In this document: positions 12,390 to 25,404 of the stretch, one piece after another
How the letters are laid out: each line of letters starts with the position of its first letter
Position numbering within the stretch: the stretch's first letter is position 1
NCBI RefSeq assembly: GCF_006345805.1
Contig: NC_043008.1
Span: 23,126,001 to 23,190,000 of the forward strand
Length of the DNA stretch: 64,000 nucleotides
Source: Octopus sinensis
Lineage: Eukaryota
Direction: 5' to 3'
The notes under the pieces: generated by a model
The model's database searches: none
Told to the model about the DNA's origin: nothing
Seen by the model: the letters and a program-made list of their open reading frames with translations, nothing else
Made by a program: the position numbers and the translations under genes

Positions 12390-14440
12390 GACACTGGGGT
12401 GCATTTATGTGCCACCAGCATGGGTGCCAATTTACATGACACTGGTATCTGCCATGACTGCGATTTTACTTGGCTTGATAGGTCTTCTTCTCAAGCATGA
12501 CATAATGCCAAAGGTCTTGGTCATTGCCTCTGTGTGGCCCAACATTCATTCAAAAAGAACTCAGCCAAAGTGCCTCTATGAGGCCTAATCCTCAAAAGGT
12601 GTTCTTTACATGTCACCAGCCTGGATGCAGTTGGTTTGACAGGCCCTCTCAAGGACAACACATCCCCGTAGTGCTGATCTTATTCTTACAGCTACACTCT
12701 CAGAGCATCCACCTCCATTACTAACATGGTCACCTAGATAACAGAAACTGTCTACTACTTCTAGCTTGACCCCCTGACAGTTGATGGAGTCTATTTTCTG
12801 CCCATTTTCAGTGTTTATTGTATCTGTGCATCTTCTGCATACAAAAGCTAGTTTCCCTGTTAACCTTCCCCTGATATTGCTGTACCTTTTATGTGTCCAG
12901 AGCTTTCACTGGATGCATCTTATGGAGTTCCTACCTACACCTTTTCTACAGATTATGTGATTTGTTTGCCTTCCTACTTACTAAGATTTTGGTTTTTTCT
13001 AGGTTAATTCTAAAGCCCTTTGATTCTAGACCTTGCTTCCATACCTGGAACTTTTCTAGTTCAGGTAGTGATTCGGCTATAAGAGGAAGGTCATCAGCAT
13101 AGAGGAGCTCCCAGGGGCAGTCTGTCTTGAATTCTTCTGTTATTGCCTGGAGGACTATGATGAACAAGAGGGGGCTAAGGGCTGAACCCCTACTTGTACC
13201 CTGAATTATTCACTGTACTCATTTATTTCTTTATTGCCCACAGGGGGATAGACATAGAGGGGACAAACAAGGACAGACAAAAGGATTAAGTCTATTACAT
13301 CGACCCCAGTGCATAACTGGTACTTATTTAATCGACCACATAAAGATGAAAGGCAAAGTTGACCTTGGCAGAGTTTGAACTTAGAATGTAACGGCAGACG
13401 AAATACTGCTAAGCATTTCGCTCAGCATACTAACTTTTCTGCCAGCTCACCGCCCTCATTGCCAACCCTCACCTTACTGGTAGCATCCTTGTACATGGCT
13501 TGTACACCTCTCACCAACCACTTGTCTATCCCTAGTTTCCGCATTGGTCACCAGATACCAGATTGGGGGACCTTGCCAAAGGCTTTCTCCACATCAACAA
13601 AGGTCAAGTATAACAGTTTATCTTTAGCTATGTATTTCTCCAGCAGTTACCTTGCCAGAAATATAGCATCACTGGTACTTCTCCCTGGCACAAAACCAAA
13701 CTGCATCATATCTAATCTAACTAACTATCTCCCTGATTAGTTTGGCTATGATTCTCTCTGTAACTTTCATCACCTGATCCAGCAATTTGATACCTCTGTA
13801 ATTATTTCTATCTAAGGTATCAGCTTTACCTTTGTAGCAAATGACTATGGTTCTGCTACATCAGTCATTGGGTATGACTCCTTCGTGAACCACCTGATTT
13901 ACAACACAGGTGACTAGACCATAACCCATACTGCCAGATATTTTAAGCATCTCAGTTGAGATTCCTAATGGGCTGGCAACTTTTCCTGTCTTTGTATCCT
14001 TAATTGCTGTATCTACCATGGAACTGTCGATTTGGGTAGCAAGTCCCTCAATTGGGTCAACATTTGGCAGACTCTCCTCCTCCCACTCATCCTCCACATT
14101 CAGCAGTTTTTCATAGCGACATTTCCAAGCCTCTTTCTTTGCCGAATCATTACATGCAAGTGCACCATCATCCATATGGACACATTTCTCTCCTATGACA
14201 TCATGACATTCTCTCATACACTGTCCTGCAATCTGAAACACTTCAGTTCTTTCATCCTCATAGGCAAACTTCTTCTTTTCTGCTTCTCCTTTGGCTAGAT
14301 ATACTTGTTTCCTAGCACCCCCTCTAGCAATCTGATGCAGTATCCTGCTACCCCTATTTTTCCATGCCTTCCAGGCCTGTTTCTTAGCTCTAATGGCCCT
14401 GTCTACTACATTGTTCCACCACCACAGTACCCTAGGTTTG
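12390..14440 (-). mobile_element. RTE LINE fragment with internal deletions, interrupted by a SINE
   Basis: ORFs 12946..13167 (WELLYADDL) and 13861..14241; homologous to the RTEs at 28500-30180 and 61330-64000. Confidence 0.85.
13224..13454 (-). mobile_element. tRNA-derived SINE (second family) with CTCATT target-site duplication
   Basis: CTCATT at 13218-13223 and 13455-13460; minus strand has GGCGGTGAGCTGGCAGAA head, a box B-like AGTTCAAACTC and a GGGCAATAAAGAAA tail. Confidence 0.8.
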
Positions 14441-14444
14441 GATG

Positions 14445-14660
14445 ATGTGGGTTATGGTCTAGTCACCTGTATTGTAAATCAGGTGGTTCACAAAGAAGTG
14501 ATACCCAATGATTGGTGTAGCAGAACAATAGTCAACTGTTACAAAATTAAAGCTGATGCCTTAGATAGAAGTAATTACAGAGGTATCAAATTGCTGGATC
14601 AGGTGATGAAAGTTACAGAGTCATAGCCTAACTAATTAGGGAGAGAGTTAGCTTAGATTT
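14445..14660 (+). mobile_element. RTE fragment inverted relative to 13715-13930
   Basis: ORF 14393..14626 VGYGLVTCIVNQVVH..NYRGIKLLDQVMKV is a diverged reverse complement of 13715-13930. Confidence 0.8.
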
Positions 14661-14729
14661 GGTAGAATCTGCTTTAGTTTAGTTGATAAGCATTACTCCT
14701 CAACACATAGCTGTAAGAAAATATTTAGT

Positions 14730-15050
14730 AGACATTCTTTGAGGGTCTCTTTTAGGATTAGGTTCAAAAGTCACAAGTTCTCATTTAATATTCAAGAAAG
14801 GCATAATGTCACAGCTCTTGTGCGATGTGTACAGGCATTGAAGGAAAATGTTGCTCATTATGGCATCAAGTGGAGGATACTAGAAAAGTGCAAGACTTAT
14901 ATTAACAGCAGTAGGAGAGATATACTCTACTTGGTAAAGAATCATTTTGGAGGACTCTCTTCATCTCAGGTGCCTGCCTAACTGTAACCCTGAATACAGA
15001 TATAACTTAGCAAACTGACCTACTTACTGCACCATAAACATTAATGTTGG
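14730..15050 (+). mobile_element. Penelope-like element GIY-YIG endonuclease C-terminal relic
   Basis: FRIRFKSHKFSFN..TAL..LKE..IKWRILEKCKTY, the same motif as at 35520-35829. Confidence 0.65.
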
Positions 15051-15456
15051 TTCCCCCCCACACACACATATGCATGTACCTGGCCACACATCTTTACTTT
15101 CACATTCCTCCCATCATACTTCTACTCACTCAGCCCTTATTCCAACATCAACCCCAACCTCAATCTTGCCCAGTGCTACTCCAACCCAAACTCTGGTGGG
15201 ATGGCTCTTTTTGGTCTCAATCTAATGATGAACTAAATATTTTTTCTTCCTGTGTTTGATGTGGGTGATTTCTTTCACAAATTTTAGCCTAGTTTCTTTT
15301 ATATCTCTGAGGACTACAAACCAGATGTAGCACTTTCAAGCTTCCATTGGCAAAGAGCCCACATTTCAGCCATTTCAGATGAGTGCTGGAATTGGTTCTC
15401 CACCTCTGGCATGAAGCCAATTTGTAAGTTAGCTATTATAAGACTATTTTATAATA

Positions 15457-16308
15457 CAGGGTGACACACACACACAAAAAAAATAGGAACTTTTGAAAAA
15501 CCCAATAAAAATATGAAAAATCCAAATCCAACAAAAAGATTTATTGACAGAAATTAAACAACTTGCCCTTTAAGAATTAGTAACCCAAATTATTCATGTC
15601 TGAAAATTACGTCCTGTAGATGGTGCCATCCTCTATGCATGCATTCTACCAATTTGTCTTTGAGACTCTCTATTGCTTGCTGCAACAACTCAGTGGGTAT
15701 ACCACGAATTTCATCTGTAATTCCTTCCTTCAATCCATCCAGTGTCCTTGGTTGAGTCATGTAGACCTGACTCTTAAGGTAGCCCCTCAAGAAAAAAATC
15801 ACAAACGGATAAATCCAGTGATTTTGGGGGCCATTGTCACTGAATCTTGAGATGATACAGTGACTGGACAAATCTCACACAGCTGCCATTGATTGCCTTG
15901 TAGTGTGCAATGTCACCCCATCCTGTTGAGACTAGGCTTTATGAAGTTGTGGAAAATGCAGGTATAACAAAAGATTGCAGCATCTCAACATACCAATCAG
16001 AAGAGACAATTGTTGTTATCTCATCTTCATTTTCAAAAAAAGTAAGATCTGATGACATCATGTGACAAAACTGTCTCCTTGCTGCTGTGTAAAGGTCATT
16101 CGGGAATTTTTATCGGGTTGCTGTCTGCCCTGTAACAATAGTTCTGCTTGTTCACATAATCTGTGAGATGAAAATGGATCTCAGCTGACATCCACAGCTT
16201 ATCGAGAAATTCGTTGTTTTTGTTTGTTTTCTATAATTTTTTGTTTTCTATAATTTTTCTATAATTTTTCCTATGTTTGTTGGATTTTTCAAAAGTTCCT
16301 ATTTTGCG
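15457..16308 (-). mobile_element. Tc1/mariner-superfamily transposon relic
   Basis: TA|CAGGGTG terminus; subterminal AAAATAGGAACTTTTGAAAAA inverted at ~16285-16305; ORF 15590..15871 FFLRGYLKSQVY..HLQDVIF. Confidence 0.7.
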
Positions 16309-16309
16309 A

Positions 16310-16917
16310 GAAATGAAGGAGAATGATCACCAATTATAATTAGACATCTGTCAAACAATTATGGAAAACATAAATGAAAACAATGAATTTCTAGACAAGC
16401 TGAGGATATCAGATGAGATCCATTTTCATCTCACAGGTTATGTGAACAAGCAGAACTAACGTTACTGGGCTGGCAGCAACCCTAAAAAACATCATTAATG
16501 CCCTTTACACAGCCGCAAGGTATGGTGTGCAGTTTTATCACATGATGTTATCAGACCTTACTTTTTTGAAAATGAAAATGGGATAACAAAGACTGTCACT
16601 TCGGATCGATATGTTGAGATGCTGCAATCTTTTGTTGCACCTGCATTGAACAATTTTCCACAACTTCATAATGCCTGGTTTCCACAGAATGGGGTGACAT
16701 TGCACACTACAAGGCAATCAATTGCAGCTGTGCAAGATTTGTTCAGTAACTGTCATCTGAAGATTCAGTGACATTCACTGCCCATCCACAATCACTGGTT
16801 TTGTCTGTTTGTGATTTTTTCTTGTGGGGCTACCTTAAGAGTCAGTCAAGGACGCTGGATGAATTGAAGGAAGGAAATAGAGATGAAATTCGTGGTATAC
16901 CCACTGAGTTGTTGCAT
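16310..16917 (+). mobile_element. Second, opposite-strand fragment of the same Tc1/mariner transposase
   Basis: SDEIHFHLTGYVNKQN and FFLWGYLKSQ motifs; reverse complement of ~15690-16190. Confidence 0.7.
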
Positions 16918-19900
16918 CTCTCCTTGTAATTTTTTTTCTTTGGGAAGCAAGTAATTTTATTTTACTTTATTCACCCCTCCTCCCATTTTAGCATTTTTTC
17001 CAGCTTCATATTTTTCCTTTTTGATGTCTGTACACCTGGGTTCAACCACCTGTAAACCATCTGTAATGGTGTTAGTACCTGGAATGTGTCATACAGCCAT
17101 TCCATAGGTTCTTCTAATCTGTCTGGTTCATTTTCTATGAATCTCTTCTTCAATTGGTTTCTGTGTCTTTTTTCAATTCCTTTTCTGCTTTTAATTCCAT
17201 ACATCATTTTTCCTATGTACTTTGTAATTTTGCCTTCTTCCCAGTACTATTTTCCATTTTTATATGACCTCATGTACACCTTATTACCAATTTTGAAAAA
17301 TTTGGGATTGTCTTTCCTGGTACTTTTTCTTTCCTTGCCAGGTAACAGTTTATCAAAAACTGATTTTACCTTCCTTGCAAACATCAGTTTTGCTGGTGAA
17401 CTTCCTACTGGTATATTGGGGTTTGGTGTCACCCTGTATACCCTTAGGAATTGTTGCAGAGTGACTTTGTCTGTGACTTCCTTGTTTGCTTTTCTCAAAG
17501 CTCTTTTAAAAATGTCCACAAAATGCTCTGTCTGTTCATTTGATGTGGGTTGGTAAGGTGCTATTGTTTATGTTCTACCATGAACATTTCACAGAATTTT
17601 AAAAATTCACTGGACACAAATTGTGTTCCATTATCAGATTCAATCACATCTTGGACAAGAAATCCTGCAAATAATTTGTGCAAAAACTTTATTACTGTTT
17701 TAGAGGTTGGTCTTTTACACTTAACAATTTCCAGCCATTTTGTAAAACTGTCAACTACTACTAAGTAGTAATAACCATTTAACGAACCTGCAAAATCGAT
17801 ATGTAGCCTTGGACCATGAACTTTTTATGTCTGACCAAGGCTTCCATTTTATAGTAGGCAATTTTGCTGCCAGAGCACATCCTCTGCAGCCTTTTACTAT
17901 GTTTTCAACTTCCTTGTCTGTCTTCCTTGTCTGCCAGTGCACATAACTGTGCTTACGTGTTTTCATCCTTGTGATCCTGGGATGTCCAATATGGAATTCT
18001 TTCATGCTTTTTTGTAAAGTCTCTTTTGGCCATGCATTAGTATGCCATCGCATGTTGAATATATATTTAACTGTTGCTGATTTTTCTTACTGAACCTATT
18101 TTTCCTTTCTTTAGATGACCACAGAGTTTTTTTTGTTTCATTAGTGAACTTATCTTTTGACATGTGTTGCTTTATTTCCTCCAGAGTTATTGGTAGCTCT
18201 CCTCCAATGTTCCACATTATGTGTTTAATTTTCCCTTCAGCTCTTAGGGCTGCTATTAGTGTGTCCTCGAATGGTTTCCTATTTCTGAGAATTAACATAG
18301 ATAGGTCATCAATATGTCCTAGCTTTTTCGAAGGTAAATATGCTCCATCGCTGCTACCTGTTTGCTGTATGTACTGGGATTCCTTTCTTGGATCCATAAA
18401 TCGTTAGTAATGGGCAATGGTCTGTTTGTAGTCGAAACCGTTTACAAGTATAAACTTGTGGAACTTTTTTATGCCAGATATAATTGCTAATGTCTCTTTT
18501 TCAATTTAGCTATAATTTTTATCTGCTGGCAATATAGTTCTTGGCATGTGAGCTATGGCCTTTTGGCTGCCATCTTCACAGTTGTGTAAGAATAAGGCTC
18601 CTACCCTGAACTCACTTGCATAGTTTCCAACTTCAGATCGAAGTGTGTAAGCGACAAGTCTGAAGTTAACATGCTTTTTAGCTCCTCAGATGCCTTCTGG
18701 CATTTTTCTGACCAAAACCATTTGGCATCCTTTTTTAACAGCTTGTTTAGTGGAGCTCTTGTGTTGTGTATGTTCAGAATATATATTTGATAGTAGTTTA
18801 CCAAGCCTAAAAATGCTTGTAACAATTTTTATGTTCGTTGGCGGAGGCATATTCTGTATTGCCATCACCCTTGTTGGGTCTGGCTTTTATCTCCTTTCAT
18901 CAATTACTTGACACAAATATTTGATTTTTTTCATAAAAAATTCACACTTTTCCTCTGTTAATCTAAACTTGTATTCATCTATTTTTCTGAATACTTTTTT
19001 AATATGTTCAAAATACCATCAAGATAAGCAATAGCAATGTTGCAATCATTTAACATTGCATCCATTACGTGTTGGAATATGGCAGGCACCACTTTTACTC
19101 CAAAAGGAAGCCACTTGAATTTATACAATCCACGGTGTATGTTGATTGTTAAAAGGTGTATGCAATCTTCCCCTACCTGTATCTGTAGATAGGTTTCCGA
19201 GAGGCCTAACTTTGAGAAAATTTTTCCTCCATTTAGTTTTGAGAACACTTCTGGGCTTGGTAATGGATGCTGAGTTCAACTAAACAGTCATTTAATTCAG
19301 TTGAAAAGTCCACACACACACTCTTAGTGTATTATTTTTTTCTTTACGTGAACCGTTGGAGCTGCCCAGTCTGAATGGTTCACTTTTTCAATTATAGCTA
19401 GACTTTCTAGTCTTTCTAGCTCTTTGTTGATCTGGTCCAATGCTGAAAATGGCACATACCATTTGGGCCTAAAAACAGGTGTTGCCTTTTCTTTTACTGT
19501 GATCTTTTCTTTTGTTTTAGTGCAATAGCCTAATCCTTCCAGAAAAACATTTGGAAACAATTAAAAAATTTTTTGCCTCAGTTGTTTGACTTCCTTCAAA
19601 CTTTTAACCGTGCTGACTACATTTTCACAGAAAACACTAATAGGGGTATCCCACATTTTAAATAACGCCATGCATTCTGTGCCAAATAGGTTTAGTGACT
19701 TTTTCAACACTTAAATGATTGTCCTTTTCATTTCACCTCAAAAGGTTACTTTTATATCCTGCCACAAGTTGGTATAGATTAATTACACAGCGGAGGTTTA
19801 ATCAGTGTTCACACAACGTACTCTGCAAGACTACTAAAATGCTCTCTCTCTAACTACTACCGACCTCTACTCTTTATAAGAGTTCTGCTAGTCCATTCTC

Positions 19901-22900
19901 CAATCCACTAGGGGTGTCAGTAACTCTCACCACAACATCTCCCTCTTTGAAATTGACTTCCATTGGAAGTTAATATTATTTTTATTTATTTTTTTCATCA
20001 CCTGTTACCATGGATGTTGGTTTGCTATATTTACACATTTCTGGCCATTTAGTAAAGCTATCTACCACTATTAGATAATATGATCGAGTTAACAGTCCTG
20101 CGAATTCTGTGTGTATTCTGGACCATGGAATATCGGTTTTGGGCCAAGATTGAAATTTTATAGCTTTCAGGCTACTATCTTCATACTTGTGTAAAATCAC
20201 AGCTCCACTACCACTTTCACTAATATCTGCTGCCACTACTATTTCTAAATTTGGGTCAAAATGTGATAACAACAGTTCCATTGTTAAGACATTTTTAATT
20301 TCTTCAAAGGCTTTTTGGCATTTGTCCAACCAGTTCCACTGAATGTCTTTTTTTAACAAGCTATTCAGGAGTGCTCTTAAATCGTGCATATTCGATATGT
20401 ATACCTGGTAGTAATTTACAAGCCCCCAAAATGCTTGTAATATTGTAATGTTCATTGGGGGAGGCATATTTTTTATTGCATTTGCCCTAGACTGTCTGGT
20501 TTGTGTCCATTTTCCTCAATAATCTGCCCTAGATATTTTATTCTTGACATAAAAGATTCACAATTTTCCTCACTGAGCTTAAAACCATACCCTTTTATTC
20601 TTTCGAAACCTTTTTAACATACTCAGCATGCTGACCTTGAGATTTACTTTTTATGAGTATGTCATCAAGCTACAGCGAAATCCGAACCTGTGAGCATAAT
20701 GTCCATAATTTGTTGGAAAGAGGAGTCAATTAAATTTATGTAACCCTTTATGGATATTTATTGTTAATAATTTTGAGCATTCCTCATCGACTTTTACCTG
20801 CAAATATGCTTCAGATAGGTCCAACTTTGAAAAAACTTTTCCTTCATTCAACTTCGCAAAAATTTCTTCTGGACTTGGTAATGAGTAATTATATAGCATC
20901 AAATATTTGTTTAATCCAGTTGAGAAATCAGTGCATACTCGGATTTTATTATTTTTTTCTTTACATAAACTGTAAGGGGTGCCCAATTTGTGTTATCAAT
21001 TTTTGCAATAACGCCAAGCTTTTCAAGTCTATCCAATTCTTTGTTGACTTGTTTCCACATTGTGAAAGGCACCATTCTTTTTGGTTTAAATACTGGTATA
21101 GCATTTTCTTTCACTCGAAACTTTGCCTTTGTTTTAGTGCAAAGATCCAATTCCTCAAAAAACTTCAGGAAAAATTAATTTTAATTCTTTTTTTAAAATT
21201 CTCCGACTACTTATTTGTACTGGTGGAAGAACCATTTACATTCTTACAAAAAATAATAATGGGTAGGTCCCATAAGTTCTATCCAGCCTGCTCCAAATAA
21301 ATTTGTTGTATTTTTTAACACAAAACTTTGGCTTTCAAGGTTTTTTTCACAAAATGTAGCATCACTTATCATTTCATCCATTTTGAAGTTTCCCTTAATC
21401 CAGGTGTCCCTATTATTCTCCTAGTATCTGTATTAATTATCATGATATCACTGCCTATATCCAACTGTAACTTGATATTCACATTATTCATTTTTATGGA
21501 CACAAATTTTCTTTTCTGAGCCTCACATGGAATTTTTTTTAACAATGTATTCTTTCTAGAATTTGTTTTGTTCGACCCTTTTTTTTTTGTTTTGTTATAC
21601 AATGTGAGTTTTTGTCTGATTTTTCCACAATAAAAACATTTAAGATTTTTAAAAAGACAATTACTTTTAAAATGCAAGGCATAGCATGGATTTGGCCTAG
21701 ACATTCAGTTTTCTTTTTTCTTATCCATTTCAGGTTGACATGCATGTATCCGAGAGCAATCTTTTTCTTTAATTTTATCCACATCATGCCTTAAATTTAT
21801 AATCCTCTGGCATTCTTCAGCCACTACCTGTAGAGTTAATTTTTGGTCTTGTTCTAATTTTGTTAATATATGAGAACATATATCAGTGTCTTTACTTGCT
21901 GTTAACCCTTGAACAAAAATTAGGCTTTTGAATAAATCTGGGGTTAATTCATTTAATTTGAATTTTTCTCACTCTCTGTTAACTACCCCCAGTATAGGTG
22001 GCGAAATCTTCATCTTTTTTAACTAAATTTAAACATTGCCAATGAGTATTGAACAGGGAGCCTTCACTGAAAATTCTCAACAACAAATTAACTGTTTCAT
22101 CAAAACAAATGTCACCTGGTTTCTTCAGCAGAATATAGTTACAGTATATTTTGTGTTCGACAGGGGATAACTTTCTTAAAAGTAGTTTCACCTGCTTCTC
22201 TTCATTCCAATTTTTACATTCTTATTTGAAGATTTCTTCATATCTTCATAGGAAGAAAAAATAGTACTTCTGGGTTATAAATAAATTTTCCAATTGAATT
22301 TGCTATGCTGTCTGATGAGAACAAACCTGAAATATTTTCAGACTTCTTCAACATTACTTCCAGTAACTGCTGGTATTGTTATTGTTGCTGTTGTAGTTGT
22401 TGTTATAACTGTTGTTGTTGCTGTTGCAACTGTGCCATAGAAAGCCAACAAGTCTTCCTTGTTAGATAATTTTTTCTTTGGTTTAGTCCTAGACAAGCTT
22501 CAAATATCTCATTGCCACTTTTATATCCTGCCACAGGTTGGTGTAGATAAATTATGCAGTGGAGGTTTAATTAATGTGTTCACATGACGTACTTTGTGAG
22601 ACTACCAAAATGCTTTCTCTCTGACTACTATCAACCTCTACTCTTTATAAGTGTTTGGCTAGTCCATTCTCCAGTCTGCCAGGGGTGTCAGTGACTTTCG
22701 CTACAACAGTTACATTGCAAATACATTTGCTGATGAAATATAATTTCTTTCCTGTGACACCATATGCTACTTTATTGATTTAGATAATTTCAGCTTACCG
22801 ATTTGTTGCCATGTTTCTTCATTTATGATAGTAATGTCACAACCCATGTCTAATTGCATTTTGACACTAGTAGTTTTGACTCTCACCTTCACGAATTTTC

Positions 22901-24254
22901 TGTTTGCTGTACAAAATTTTTTCTCTGATGACAATTTATTTATTTTTTTTTTTTTTGGTTTCGTCTAATTTTTCATCATCTTAGTTCTGCAGTGTGATTT
23001 AATTTGCCCTGTATTCCCACAAAGAACACACTTTGCTTTTATGAATGCCTACCACCATATGCCTTACATGGGTTTATCTCCTGTTGTATATAATGTGTTT
23101 TTTGTGTAACACTTGATCCGTCTTCCAACTCTTCCACATTGGTTTTATCTCTAAACAATCTTTGCATTGGATTTCTTCTGTGTTGTGCCTTACTTTTAAT
23201 ATAATATTGCACTCTTCTGACAGTTTCTGGAGAGTTATATCCTGGTTCATTTCCAGCTTTGCAAAAATTTTTGTTCTAACTTCTGTGTTCTTTTTAGCAG
23301 TAAGTCTCTGAGCAAAAATCAGGCACTTGAACGAGTCTGGATTTAGTTTATCCAGTTTAAATCTCTCACACTCTCTGTTCACTCTACCCACATATGTGGT
23401 AAAGTCTTTGTTATTGCATTTCTTAGTATTCAATCACTTCCAATGTGTGTTGAATAGCGATGTTTTTCACTAAACATCTTCCATAAAATATCAATTGTGT
23501 CTGTGAAATTTATGGCAGAAACTTTTTAGTACTGTAGTATTTTTTATGCTTTATCATCACCAGTTTCTTCAGAATTAAATGCATTTTCATTTCATCCATC
23601 CATAATCTTCACTAATATGCCTCGAAGGTGACTCCTTCTTCCGGGTCATATTTAAATTCATTCATTGAATTTGCTACATGGTCTGACAAAAACATATTTT
23701 CTGGTTTTGTTACCAACTTCATTATTTGTAGCATTTGTTGCTGTAACACTGGTTGTTGTTCTTGTTCTTTGAGTTATTGCTGTTTTTGCAACTCATCTAG
23801 ACCCTCTAACAAGTTTTCCATAATTGTATGGATTTTTTGTAAAATATGTACAACAAAAATGTTTGTTACTCACGTATCGAGTTTTTAATTTCTCTGTAAA
23901 AAATTTTTAAACATCGTCCATGTGAATTGTTTATATCTTTGTTGCCACTGTTATAATGTGGATCCTTGTCCACTTGTATGTTATTGTTGGCACTGTAATA
24001 TTCTTGTCACTACTATCATGTTGTGGTGGTATTCCGAATCTTATTATCTTTGACTTGTCTCTCTCTGATAGCTCTGCAAGACAATGACTTCGAAACGTCT
24101 ACCTTGATGGTAACTAAAACTTGTATATAACACGTAACTGACACTGACTCCAACTGAGAATTCATACAATGACTCTACTACTACTGACCTTTTACAATAG
24201 CTGACTGTCTGACTTTATGGTGGCTGGGAAGGGAATACTCATTTTTACTACAAC
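16918..24254 (-). mobile_element. Outer degenerate Gypsy (Mag/K02A2.6-like) LTR retrotransposon
   Basis: Minus-strand gag (23074..23433), RT (WAAPTVHVKK, LPFGVKVVPAIFQ), RNase H and integrase fragments. PBS-like TGTTGCCAC at ~23940, putative 5' LTR 23949-24254 and PPT-like tract at ~16918-16926; the 3' LTR is absent. Confidence 0.75.
19750..22708 (-). mobile_element. Inner internally deleted Gypsy element nested in the outer one
   Basis: LTRs 19750-19937 and 22519-22708; 5-bp TSD GTTAC (19745-19749, 22709-22713); PPT TCTCCCTCTTTG at 19938; PBS TGGCAATGAG(-) beside the right LTR; gag/PR/RT/RH-IN fragments. Confidence 0.85.
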
Positions 24255-24528
24255 AGTAGCAAAGATGAAATTCTGAAAAGTAGGGCTAAATCCGTGTAAA
24301 ATCAAAAATCCACTACCAATCCTAAAATCCTTCAGAGGCCTACAAGTCGGGAACTTACAGTAGATCCTTCTTTGGAAGAGATAACTACTGCTATTTAAAA
24401 AACCTTTCCAATGGTACAGCCCTCATGTTGGACAGCTTGTAAGAAAGCTGCACAAAATGATCTGTTTGATCTGAGAAACTGGATCTGTTCTCCAGCAGTT
24501 CAAAGATGCACCTATAATGCAGAAGAAA

Positions 24529-24529
24529 G

Positions 24530-24575
<46 letters not shown>

Positions 24576-25108
24576 GCCCTGATGCAGTACCAGACAGTGG
24601 CTCTCATGGCTTCTGATCTTAACTGATTGGAAGTGTTATCATGTACATTGTTTTCTCTTGGTATAAAAGATGGGTTACAGCAAATATTCTGCTCAATACT
24701 ACAGATTTGCTTGTCAGTTGTTTGACCTTAACCAGTTGAGCATGCCCCTTAGTGGCTGACAATATGTGCATCTCTGATCATGAGCAGTAGTGGGGGAGCA
24801 TCATAGCCATGTGTTGAGAGGGATTCTTTGGGGTTTGAATAATTCACCTCTGGAAATGTGGTGAATTTCCTTAAACAACCCTTATTCAAGGACCTTTTGA
24901 GCAGGATGGGTTACTCGACCAGAAGAAAATTCTAACTGGGCCCCACCTGCAAGGTCATGTGCTGTTTATCTTGATATGAGATCACCATGTCACGCACATA
25001 TTGTTGTGATGCATGTGCTTAGTGTACCCTTATCAGATGATGAGTATACTGGGCTTCGTATATTTTACCTCAGCATCACTTTGATGGCATGTACTGCTCT
25101 CTCACTCA

Positions 25109-25148
<40 letters not shown>
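24529..25148. mobile_element. Unclassified ~540-bp element between two (TAA)n tracts
   Basis: (AAT)n at ~24529-24575 and ~25110-25148 bracket a non-coding body starting GCCCTGATGCAGTACCAG. Confidence 0.5.
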
Positions 25149-25149
25149 G

Positions 25150-25340
25150 GCCCGAAATTTCAGAGGTGTGGGCAAATTGATTACATTGACTCCAGTGCTC
25201 AGCTGGTACTTATTTTATTGACTACCAAACGGATGAAAGGCAAAGTTGATCGTGGTGGAATTTGCATCCAAATCATAAAAATGGACAAAATGCCACTAAA
25301 CATTTTGCCAATGTGCTAATGATTTTGCCAGCTTTCTGCC
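25150..25340 (-). mobile_element. Degenerate SINE of the 13224 family
   Basis: CTGGTACTTATTT..GGATGAAAGGCAAAGTTGA..GGAATTTG core shared with 13224-13454. Confidence 0.65.
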
Positions 25341-25404
25341 TTAATAATTATAAGGACGATGATGATGATTATGATAACAACACTGATGATGATAAAAATA
25401 TTAT

